DNA of 62,000 nucleotides from Wallemia ichthyophaga EXF-994 (lineage: Eukaryota > Fungi > Basidiomycota): NCBI RefSeq assembly GCF_000400465.1, contig NW_008806277.1:144001-206000 (forward strand). Reading direction: 5' to 3'. Numbering within the stretch: position 1 is the stretch's first letter; each line of letters opens with the position of its first letter. The notes beneath the pieces were generated by a model. The model worked only from the letters and a program-made list of their open reading frames with translations. It did not search any database and was not told the origin of the DNA. Position numbers and translations under genes: made by a program. Below are positions 12,247-22,854 of the stretch, one piece after another.

Positions 12247-14783
12247 ATGTTCTCACGCGGTGTAAGAAACTTGCGGCAATTCGCCACCCAAGCCAAACGT
12301 ATTGGTGATCAGAAGGTGGATATGTCCTTGATGTGAGTACTTGAGTATTCCTTGGTCGCTGATCCTGATCTCACTCCAAATCCAGCGAAGCAGGTCAAGG
12401 CAAGTACATTAATTACCAAGTGAGTTTCGTTTGAATCTAGTAAGAATCCCCGCTTACTCATTTACAGCGCATCGAAGACAACCTCAACGTTGTTCGTTCT
12501 CGGTGAGATTTACCGTAGCCGTCTAACCAATCAAATCTTACCAATTACCAGCCTCAATCGTCCTCTCACTCTCTCCGAGAAGATCGTCTACGGCCACTTG
12601 GACAACCCAGAAGAACAAGATATCGAAAGAGGAAAGTCTTACCTGAAGCTTCGTCCGGATGTGAGCAACTCAGCCAATCAGATGTTCTTAATTTCTAACC
12701 CGTTTTACAGCGCGTTGCTTGCCAAGATGCTACTGCTCAAATGGCTCTCCTTCAATTCATGTCTGCTGGTCTCCCAACCACAGCTGTACCAACTACCGTC
12801 CACTGTGATCACTTGATCGAGGCTCAAGTTGGCGGTGTTGCCGACTTGGCCCGTGCCAACGACCTCAACAAAGAAGTTTTCGACTTCTTGTCAACCGCTA
12901 CTCAGAAGTACGGTATTGGCTTCTGGAAGCCTGGTTCTGGTATCATTCACCAAATCGTTCTTGAAAACTACGCCACTCCTGGTTTACTCATGATTGGTAC
13001 TGACTCCCACACTCCAAACGCCGGTGGTCTCGGTATGGTTGCCGTGGGTGTTGGTGGTGCTGACGCTGTTGACGTCATGGCAAACCTCCCATGGGAATTA
13101 AAGTGTCCAAAGGTTATCGGTGTTAAGCTTGAAGGTAAAATGAGTGGTTGGACTACTCCAAAAGATATCATTCTCAAGGTCGCTGGTATTCTCACCGTTA
13201 AAGGTGGTACCGGTGCTATCATCGAATACTTTGGTCCAGGTGTTGACTCGTTATCTTGCACTGGTATGGCAACCATCTGTAACATGGGTGCTGAAATTGG
13301 TGCTACCACCTCTCTCTTCCAATTCAACGATCGTATGACTTCATACTTGACTGCAACTGGTCGTAAAGCTCAAGCTGACTACGCTAAACAATTCGCTCCA
13401 AACCTCGTACGTGACCAAGACGCTGAATACGATCAAACTATCACCATCGACCTTAACGAGCTTGAACCACACATCAATGGTCCATACACTCCTGATCTTG
13501 CAACTCCACTCTCTCAATTTGCTGGTGAAGTTAAGAAGAACAACTGGCCACAAGAACTCAAAGTTGCCTTGATCGGTTCATGTACTAACTCTTCATACGA
13601 GGACATGACTCGTTCAGCTTCTATCGCCAAGGAGGCACACGACGCTGGTTTGTCTGCCAAATCTAGATTCACAATCACTCCTGGTTCTGAGCAAATTCGT
13701 GCAACCATCTCTAGAGACGGTGTTATTGAGAACTTTGAAGAAGTTGGTGGTATCGTTCTTGCCAACGCATGTGGTCCATGTATCGGTCAATGGGATCGTC
13801 AAGATGTTAAGAAGGGTGAAGCAAACTCTATCATCACTTCTTACAACCGTAACTTTACTGGTCGTAACGATGCCAACCCAGGTACCCACGCCTTTGTTGC
13901 TTCCCCAGACCTTGTCACTGCCATGGCCTTCGCTGGTGATCTCACCTTCAACCCAATGAAGGACACCCTCAAGACTGAAGATGGCAAGGACTTTAGATTC
14001 TCCGACCCAGCTGGTTATGAACTTCCACCAAAAGGCTATACCGCTGGTGAGAATACCTTCCAACCACCATCAGAGCACCCAGAACAAGTTTCGGTCGCTG
14101 TTGATCCAAACTCACAACGTTTGCAACTTCTTGAGCCATTCGACAAGTGGAATGGTGAAGACCCACAAGATCTCCCAGTTCTTATCAAAACTCGTGGTAA
14201 GTGTACCACTGATCACATCTCAGCTGCTGGTCCATGGTTGAAATACAGAGGTCACTTGCAAAACATCTCACAAAACTGTCTGATTGGTGCAATTAACGAC
14301 GCCAATGGCAAGGCTAACTCTGTAGAGAACCTTGAGACTGGTGAGTGGGGCCCAGTTCCAACTGTTGGAGCTTGGTACCGTGACCACGGCATAAAGTGGG
14401 TTGTTGTTGGTGATAACAACTACGGTGAAGGATCATCTAGAGAACATGCCGCACTTGAGCCTCGCTACTTGGGTGGTACAGCTGTCATTACCAAGTCTTT
14501 TGCTCGTATTCACGAAGCCAACCTCAAAAAGCAAGGTATGCTTGCTCTCAACTTTAAGAACGAGGCAGACTACGATAAGGTGCAACCAAACGACAAGATC
14601 TCTTTGAAGGGTGTTAAGGACAACTTCCACCCAGGATCTGAGCTCACCATGGTATGCAAGCACAAGGATGGCTCTGTTGATGAGTTCCCATTAACACACA
14701 CATACAACCAAGAGCAGATCCAATGGTTCATCAACGGCTCAGCTCTTAACTTGATGAAGGCTCAAGCTGAGGGTAAGGCTTAA
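12247..14783 (+). CDS. ACO1: Mitochondrial aconitate hydratase
   Basis: Presequence [14 protein letters not shown], then [49 protein letters not shown] and SYNRNF. Confidence 0.98.
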
Positions 14784-14979
14784 AAGATGAACATAGTATA
14801 AGCGCATTAATCTGTTTTTCTAATTATTTACACTGATTTTACTTATTCTAACTTTGTATTGAATTATACACAAACAATATGTAACCTAAGAGCAGTTGTA
14901 TAGTGCGCAGTTTGTTATAAGATGAAAAGCGTGCAGTGTATTGTAAGATGAAAATATAGTGGTATCCTTCTATATTAAA

Positions 14980-16220
14980 TTACAGTAGAGTTTCCAGTCG
15001 AACACCTTGGTCTAGTACCCGCGACAGCTTAATAACGCGTTCCTTGAGAGAAAGTTGTCGCAAAGCCATTATTTTTTCTATTGCGTGAAGTTGAAATTTG
15101 AGTTTATGGGAAGCGGAAACCTTGATAGTGATAGCGGCAGCGGACAAAGACTCTAAGAAAGTCTTGAAGCATCTGTCATCCCGAGCGAAGACGTATGTGG
15201 GTATAGGTTCACCCTGTTGGTAGAAACATAGAACTTGTGACCAACAAGCCATCATGACTAGATCAGCTATACCATTACTGAGGTAGTCATCCAGACTGGC
15301 AATCGTAGATGCACTCTTATCTAATCTCCATGTAGCGAACTTTCTCAGTTCATCGGTTGCTGTTTGGACAGGTTTGCTGAGTTGAGGGTGGTTTAGAGCT
15401 GCTGCGACGAGTTGAGTAGCATCGTTGATGAATTTGTCGCCCTCTTTGGTGCGTCAGCGGGTGCTACTCGGAGAATCGCAAAACTTACCACTCATAACGA
15501 GAGTTTGGAGGTAGGAAGCGAGGAGATCAGTCTGTTGGTGGAGTGAGATAGGATTGAGATGTGCATATAGGCGAGCTACCTACCTGACCAGTTGACAAAC
15601 CATGATCAATGGCTAGTTTTAAGTTTGTTCTTAAACTCTTGAGTATATCGCGGTTTTCAGCGGTTTTGAGGGTGTTTTCATCCATAGTGTTAACCCATTT
15701 GGACATTGCACCGACGAGGACAATAGCGATACCGTCATACTCTTTACCAAGTCTCATAGCATGGACTAGTGGGGTAGTCCCGCCGACCTTCTTCAAAAGA
15801 AGTTGGAAGGAGTGATCACGGCATGTCATGATGAACATGATGTCCTTTGTTTCAATAGCTTTGAATAACTCCCAAGGCATCAAAGGTCGCTTTGGTTTGG
15901 TTGTAAGTTCACTCGATTTCTTTACAAGTTTCTTGCCAATTGGGCTGATTGAAGAGCCTTGTAAACTATTAGTCAACGCCTCATTTAAATTTGATTGCTG
16001 GTGCTTCACGGATATTTCACATTTGGATATAGCATCATACTCTAATGACTTGAGCGGCGGCAACTGCTTGGGAAGTGTATAGAGAGAAGGCAAAATATTA
16101 TTTATCTTATCAGGAATTGGATTGATAACTAATCTGCCGTCATCGATATCGTTATCTGGATTATCCAATAGATATTGATAGTTGGCCATTAACGAGTACT
16201 TCTTCACCGTCCACCATCAT
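14980..16220 (-). CDS. Hypothetical protein with a weak ankyrin-like TPLVHAM segment; start ambiguous (16189 or 16220)
   Basis: ORFs 15527-16207 and 14980-15255 join through two canonical introns into one continuous frame (STGQ|TDLLASYLQTLVMS|EGDKF...). Confidence 0.75.
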
Positions 16221-18143
16221 GTACGATAAATTGAGACTGTAAGTTAATTCTATTAGATTATGTTAACTCCCTCATATCCATTGAACAGCCTGTCTTCCAA
16301 ACAAGCGTACACTCTCGAGCCTCTCAGTGGCACTGGACAGTCACTCACCATCGATAGAGCTACTCGTGAATTAAATCTAGTAAACTCGCCCAAGGATGTA
16401 CACAGTGATGTTGATAGCGTCATCACACTATACGGTATACTCGGTATTATTCACCTCTCCACTACTCCGTTCCTCATTGCTATCAGCGACCGTGAACTCG
16501 CTGGTACAATCAATGGCTGTGATGTTTACAGAGCCACTGACTTTAAAATGTTCCCTATAGACCGCTCTTCCACTCTGTCTGAAATCCTTAAACATCCCGT
16601 CGACGGTGTTTTACTAGGTCTACTCAAAGATCACTTTAGAGACGGTAACTTCTTCTTTTCTCATTCTTTCGACGTTACAAGCAGTTTACAGAGGCAGCAA
16701 CGACACAACCAAGGGCCACTCCATCACAGATCGGACGATCGCTTCTTTTGGAACAAGTTCCTTCAAATGCCTTTGCTGGAATCTGAGCTTGATCTCAGCA
16801 AATTTATCCTCCCTGTCATCTACGGCTTCCTCGAGATTAAGCCAACGAGTATCTTCGGTCAACCCCTCTCCATTACCCTGATTGCAAGAAGATGCAGATA
16901 CAGAGCAGGTACTCGTTATTTTAGCAGGGGTATAGATAGTCATGGAAATGTTTCAAATTTCAACGAAACTGAGCAGATTGTACAAATCGGCAATAATACT
17001 CTCTACTCACACGTACAATGCAGAGGTTCTGTGCCTATTTATTGGTCAGAGATCAACACTCTCAGATACAAGCCTGATCTTCAAATAATGGACTTACCTC
17101 AGATAACTGAGTCTCTCAGACTACACCTCAGCTCACTCGTTGACCACTATGGCAAGGTCACCTGCATCAACCTTGTCAATCAAAAGGGTTATGAAAAGCC
17201 AGTTAAGGAGTGGTTCGAAGCTGCGCTTGACAAGATTGACCACCCCAACACTGATTACTTGTACTTTGACTTCCACAGCGAATGCAGCAAGATGCGTTGG
17301 GACAGAATCCAGATCCTGATTGATCGCCTAGATGATGACCTAAAAGCACAAGGCTATTTCAAGAAGGATGCTCAAACCGTATCTAATACCCAACAGAGTG
17401 TCTTCAGAACCAACTGCATGGATTGTCTCGATCGCACCAATGTAGTACAGAGCGCAGTGGCTAGAGTTGTACTCACTGCACAGCTCGCTGACGCTAATTT
17501 GATCGGACCTAGCGATCAGCTCAGTGATGATATTGGATTCAATTATCTCTTCAGAAATATCTGGGCTGACCACGCAGATGCTGTCTCCGTCACTTACAGC
17601 GGCACGGGCGCACTCAAGACCGACTTCACCCGCACAGGTAGACGTACACTCCAAGGAGCGTTCTGGGATTTAGTCAACAGCATAACGAGGTACATTAAAA
17701 ACAATTACTACGACGGCAGTAGACAGGATGCGTTTGATTTTGTGCTCGGCGCTTGGTCACCTCGTGTGTCAAATCCACGTGCTGTGATCAAAGACGACAG
17801 GTCTGCAATAACGAAAGCCGTGCCTTATGTACTGACATATTCACTCCTCGTGCTCATTTCGGGTGTTGTGTTGCCGAAAGAGAGAGGAAGATCACTGCTT
17901 ACGTTCTACCTCCTCTTCTCTAACCTCGTCGCACTCTCGTCCGTGTACCTAGTCGCGAACGGCAGGGAGTACGTCGCATGGCCTAAACTCAACCCTCTAG
18001 ACAGTATCATCAACTATAAAGGACCGGGTTATAGAGGCGCCATGCACGGTAGAGGCTTCGCTTGGGGCGTTGGATCTAGCGGCTTGCGCAGCCAGAGTGC
18101 TTCCTCTGTCGATGAGATCGAGATGGGTAAGAAGGCTAGTTAG
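16219..18143 (+). CDS. SAC1: Sac1 phosphoinositide phosphatase
   Basis: Motifs DDRFFWN, RAGTRYFSRG, NETEQIV, RGSVPIYWS and the catalytic RTNCMDCLDRTNVVQS, followed by two C-terminal TM segments. First exon MYDKLRL is at 16219. Confidence 0.96.
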
Positions 18144-18460
18144 TGTTGCTCCTTGTAAGCATGTATGCGATGCCCTTTGTTGTTTGTCTGTCTTTTGACT
18201 ACATATAAATGTCTTTTTCTTTCTATTTGGTTTGCTCAGCTCACCTCCCGAATTTAATGTCATGCTTTTGATCCAGAATTCAGGAATCGTGTGGTATTTG
18301 AGATTAAGACACTCTGATAACATTCTCGAGTCCTGAATGATACATCTTTATATCACTTCACGCTTATTCGCGGGCTTGATATACCTCACCGATGACTTCA
18401 AGACGTGTTTGTGAAATGAGAGGACACTTGAAGTATTTCTTTGGACTTTCAGACGCGTGT
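18140..18460 (-). other. Possible small spliced ORF (3' exons), product unknown
   Basis: Two canonical gtgag...ag introns join three exons into an open frame ...HKHVLKSS|DSRMLSECLNLKYHTIPEFWIKSMTLNSG|VKRQ...KEQH*. I found no convincing start. Confidence 0.25.
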
Positions 18461-19371
18461 AGCAGTATAAATTATTCGATTAAATTGAATGTGCTCAAGG
18501 CACCCTAAAAATGACCAAGTGTACGCCATTAGCTGCGTGACTAGGAACGAGGGTATCCGGGTTCGTGAAACACAAAAACATAGAACGCTACAAAACGCTA
18601 GCAACAGTAAATCTAAAGAAAATCGTCAAAATCCTTGTGGAACTATAAGCTACATAATGATACCAATTGTTCGACTTCATGGTCGCGCACTCGTCAAACA
18701 TTTCATTTTTGGCCTGAAGGAGGAAAAGGTTAGCGAAGGGTTCAGCGTGTAGCTTTAAGACATTGTTTATATTCAAGAGCTAATGGCTAATGGCTAGACA
18801 ACCAATTAATCGTTGCTATTCAAATGACGTCGCAAATCATAGAGATAATGCGAAGAATTGCATAGTAAGGCGCCTTAGTGGTTTAAATGGAACAAAAGAG
18901 TGCTTCCAGCTGATCGCTCTTGCATGAGCCTAATCATGTAATCATCTACACATCATCTACGCGCATCATTGCAAAAATATTTGAGGATTACAAATGGTGA
19001 TTATTTGCAGTAAATTCTCAAACAATGTGTCCGAAATAAGCTGATGCCTTCCCTAGAAGTGAGTGGGCTGGAGCTATTTTTTATCAAACAATGCACTATC
19101 AACTGAAAAATGTAAAACAAATCCGAGACAGATTATTGAGTGTTATTAATAATTGTTGATAATTTTAACAATTATCTCATGTATACACTCTATGCAAATG
19201 CAATAAGTCGCTATTGTGTGGGGCGAGAGTGGGGGCAGACCTAAGAGCGTCTTTGTTTTCATCGTATTTCATAATTAAGCTTCATAAATTTTGCAACTGT
19301 GTAATATTATGCTCATGAAGTGAGATAGTATCTTTACTCGATCATTTCTCCCACTTACTTGAACCACCACC

Positions 19372-19983
19372 ATGCGACTTCAAGAACTACCACACGATGT
19401 TATTGTAGAAATTTTCAGCTAACTCGATGGTGACGACCGGTACATGCTACGCTTCTTCAGCAGTATTTTATACAACGCAATCCCAAAGTCGCAAGTGTTG
19501 ATGCTTACAGGGCCGCGTTCGAAATCCGTTGAATTCGTCACACTAGCCGAGGCAGATGAGTTGCTCTTCTTAAGCAACGTATTAAGGAACAAAAAAAAAC
19601 ATCGGAAAGAACAGTGTACGTCATCTGCCTTTAAAAAAAAAAGGCAGGCTAATTGTTTGTCGGGGGAGAAGAGCTCAAAGCTATACAAAAGAGTGTTAGA
19701 GCCATAAAGAATCGATAATTCCTCTATGCATGCCCGCCAGATGGCTCACAAAAGATATTACCGAGGTGTCTTGGATCCTCGTGAAAGATATTGCTCTACC
19801 ACGACCACACTTGAAGAATAATTCATCGCAGATGCAGATGAAGACGGATAGAGTGACAAATATATAGGCTAGTATATATACGTTGATTTAGATGAGATGT
19901 ATCACTTCGAAGTGATGGAATTGGAAGATGACTTACGAGAGCATTGCTTGGAGGATTTTGATGGTGATGTTTATTTTGACTGA
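19372..19983 (+). pseudogene. Decayed F-box protein gene
   Basis: ATG 19372 begins MRLQELPHDVIVEIFS*LDGDD, an F-box consensus (LxxLPxD/EIxxEIFSxL) broken by TAA. There are further in-frame stops and an acidic tail ending TGA 19983. Confidence 0.6.
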
Positions 19984-20140
19984 GTTTTAAACATCTTTGA
20001 TACCAAGTTTTGTCTTCATATCAAACCATGTTGTAGACAATTTGTAGATAATTTTAATGATTAGGGAGTAAAAAGTTATACATCTGTTTTTAGAATACAA
20101 TTATATATATCTCGTGCGGAGTGCGTTGTGGTATTTGACT

Positions 20141-21745
20141 TCAGATGACGCCATCTAGTTGATTAGCGAAATCAAAGTCGTCAAAGCTGTCACTGTGGTT
20201 ATCACTGGGGGTGTCTTTATCGAGGGAGTCAAGGTCGTCGGAGGTGTTGTCGGTTCTATGTCGCTTGGGAGTATCCGAGTTGGATTGGTTGTTAGTGTGA
20301 CTGTGCAAATCCTGCTCATCTATGCTTGGAGGTGTAGAACTCTTGCGAGATCTTTTCTTAGTGTTCTCTTTAACCTCCTCTCCTTTCTCTTCCTCGGCGC
20401 TGTCCTCATTAAGGAAATCTTCGAGCTCCTGATCGGCGGTATCCCAATCGACATGATCGGTAGTAGGTTTATCATTGAAACTTTGCACCTGTTTTGGCCA
20501 TTTAGGTCGAGAGTGTGAATCGAGATAGTAAGAATCCTCTTTACGACATTCCCACAAATTACACGAATCGATGAGCCACTGAGGGGTAACGACATGAGCG
20601 ACATCCTCCCGTCTCGCTTCGTCTACTTTAGCAGTACCCTTTTTAGCAGCGACGACGTGTGTGATGGCGGAGGAGTAGGTAGTGTGTACTTGTGCGCCAT
20701 ATCGCACGGCGAGGTGGTACAGAGGGCTGTGTTCGATGTGTGCACCGAGTGGGACGACTGCGCTGAATAACAAATGCACTCCGCGTAGCACTAGACGTTG
20801 CATGTGGGGGATTATCTCGGCGACGTCTGGATCATCGCCCGCGTTACGGTATGTGTAGTATGTAGAATGGATTTGGCGGAGAATGCGTAAAAGACGAGGG
20901 AGTTCAGCGTCGGGAGTGCGAGAGAGGAGTTGACGATGCTCCCTTTGTCGCTGGGCGAGTGGACGTTGATTGGCTTGTTGGGAGAGAGAGAGGTTGTGGT
21001 GATCACGATGGTCACTATCCTCACCCCCCTTCTCGCCAACCTCTTCATCAAAGTGAACCTCCTCCTCACCGGCGTTTATATCACCTATACCAACGAAGAA
21101 TTCAAAAGGGTTGCATTTGACAAGGTTTGGAGAATCAGACCAGACATCAGCGCGGTCATCGATAATGACACACATGGAAGTGTCGGTGGGGAAGAGGCGG
21201 AGGAGGGATTTAGAGGTGAAGCTACCAGAGTCATCGCGGGTGAGGATACGTTCAGAGAATAAGGAGCCGGTGGGGTCAATAAGTTGACATACTGCAGCAG
21301 CGTAAGACTTGGTTCCCATAGTGTAGACGTGTAGTTCGTATAGGTGGTTGAGTTCATGTAGGAAATCGATCAAACCGGGTCTGAATTTGACAAAGTAGGA
21401 GCAGCTTTGATTGAGAGGAGTGAAGTCATCTAATTTGAACTTGTGAATGTCGTCTAAGGCACCAGGATAGACCAAGGAAGGATCATCCAACCAGGATTGA
21501 ACAGTTGGGTCAACAGTGGCGTGAATTACAGTCTGATCGAGATCGACGATTAAGCTGAGCTTGGATGATTTTAATAGGGAATGCTTTGAGCGTGTGGAAA
21601 TCCGTTTAGCTTCGTCGTAGGTGACGGTGAGATTTGCGGTGGAGTGGGAGATGTGAAGAGAGTTGTTTACAGTGGAAGTAATATCTATACCACAGACAGC
21701 ACATAAACCAGCTAATTGTACAGGATGTGTACATGGATCAGACAT
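20141..21745 (-). CDS. FCP1: RNA polymerase II CTD phosphatase Fcp1, intronless
   Basis: Motifs PCTH..LAGLCAVCG, the DxDxT catalytic LIVDLDQT, VKFRPG, LYELHVYTMG, IIDDRADVW and a BRCT domain (THVVA..GTAKV..VVTPQWL). Confidence 0.95.
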   Translation of the reverse strand: MSDPCTHPVQLAGLCAVCGIDITSTVNNSLHISHSTANLTVTYDEAKRISTRSKHSLLKSSKLSLIVDLDQTVIHATVDPTVQSWLDDPSLVYPGALDDIHKFKLDDFTPLNQSCSYFVKFRPGLIDFLHELNHLYELHVYTMGTKSYAAAVCQLIDPTGSLFSERILTRDDSGSFTSKSLLRLFPTDTSMCVIIDDRADVWSDSPNLVKCNPFEFFVGIGDINAGEEEVHFDEEVGEKGGEDSDHRDHHNLSLSQQANQRPLAQRQREHRQLLSRTPDAELPRLLRILRQIHSTYYTYRNAGDDPDVAEIIPHMQRLVLRGVHLLFSAVVPLGAHIEHSPLYHLAVRYGAQVHTTYSSAITHVVAAKKGTAKVDEARREDVAHVVTPQWLIDSCNLWECRKEDSYYLDSHSRPKWPKQVQSFNDKPTTDHVDWDTADQELEDFLNEDSAEEEKGEEVKENTKKRSRKSSTPPSIDEQDLHSHTNNQSNSDTPKRHRTDNTSDDLDSLDKDTPSDNHSDSFDDFDFANQLDGVI

Positions 21746-21787
21746 GGTTGTTGGTTAAATAGGAACATTCAAGTAAAATTGAAGGAA

Positions 21788-22077
21788 ATGGAGAAATTAG
21801 AAGTCAATGATGGCCAAGAGAGGGTTGGTGGGTGGGTGGTATTAGAAATATTCTAATCTCACCAACCACAGCAAATCTCCTCAATAATCTCGATAAGGAT
21901 AAGAAGCAGGAGGAGTTTAGGAGAGGTGGTGGTTTGCCTGAATCTAGTGCATTAGACAGGGTGAAGGAGTTTCTGCCTGAGATGAAAAAATCCAATGAAA
22001 GTACGTTAAAGAGTATGGAGGATGTGGGTGAAGAGGATAAGCATATAGAGATGAATATATATAAACCATCTATTTGA
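21788..22077 (+). CDS. Small DUF4598/NOPCHAP1-like protein (box C/D snoRNP assembly chaperone family)
   Basis: Spliced MEKLEVNDGQERV|ANLL..., then ALDRVKEFLPEMKKSNE...EDV.EED.HIEMN, which matches my recollection of the family pattern. Confidence 0.55.
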
Positions 22078-22837
22078 ATTTGTGTATCAAGTATTTAGAT
22101 TTAAGTAGGTTGTAAACGAGGCTGTTGAGTGGGTGTGGCTGGTTGAGTTCATTGGCAATGTCCACTATGAAACCACTGAGGAAGTTGATGTCTGGATATC
22201 GGTGTTGTTTAATTTGCAAGTCAAGGTGGTTGTGAGCGTGTTTATTGGTGAATATACAGTCACTCCCCAGTCTTCTATTTGTGGAATGGATTAGATTGTT
22301 AGTTAGTAATTTTGAAGGGAATGTTAAACTCCTATTGAGGTAATAGTGGTGGAATATATTCGAAGATTCCTGTATTATGTCGTGCAGTAGCACCTTTGAA
22401 GGGATAGTCGTTGTTAGACTGGGTAGACTGGTGTTTAGTAGAGTGGATATGGACTGAATAGCTGAGTGGATGATTATATTCTCAATAGACGTTGCCTCTA
22501 GTTGATCTATATTGGTTGAAGGGATCGCCAAATCCAACTGATTATCACCGTGTATCCGTGTAAGTGTGTTGTTGTACTCAATGAATAGCGTATAATTGAT
22601 ATTACTACTTCTCAATAAATTGTAATAGACTCCCAAGTAATTTATACTGTTAACCACCACGCTACTCCCATCCACCCTACTATTCCCATCCAATGCCTTG
22701 TAAATGCTAGTCAAACTTGAATTTAAATAGAGTACATCAATTCTATTGTAATTCATTAGCGATGACTTGTAATTTACCCCTGTTAAATTCATTTTTTTAA
22801 AATTCTTGGATAACCTTCCAATCCTATGTAAATTCAT
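22070..22837 (-). CDS. Degenerate ketopantoate reductase (PanE/ApbA)-fold protein, AT-rich and intronless
   Basis: 255-aa ORF. The C-terminus DINFLSGFIVDIANELNQPHPLNSLVYNLLKSK matches the ApbA_C pattern EIDxLNGxIVxxAxxxGxPxPxNxxLYxLxK. No GxGxxG at the N-terminus. Confidence 0.6.
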   Translation of the reverse strand: MNLHRIGRLSKNFKKMNLTGVNYKSSLMNYNRIDVLYLNSSLTSIYKALDGNSRVDGSSVVVNSINYLGVYYNLLRSSNINYTLFIEYNNTLTRIHGDNQLDLAIPSTNIDQLEATSIENIIIHSAIQSISTLLNTSLPSLTTTIPSKVLLHDIIQESSNIFHHYYLNRSLTFPSKLLTNNLIHSTNRRLGSDCIFTNKHAHNHLDLQIKQHRYPDINFLSGFIVDIANELNQPHPLNSLVYNLLKSKYLIHKFK

Positions 22838-22854
22838 CTTGGTCGTTGTCCACT

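Noticed and set aside
14905-14956. Short direct repeat TAAGATGAAAA twice between the ACO1 and hypothetical-gene 3' ends
   Set aside because: Only two copies in AT-rich terminator DNA, which is expected by chance or local slippage.
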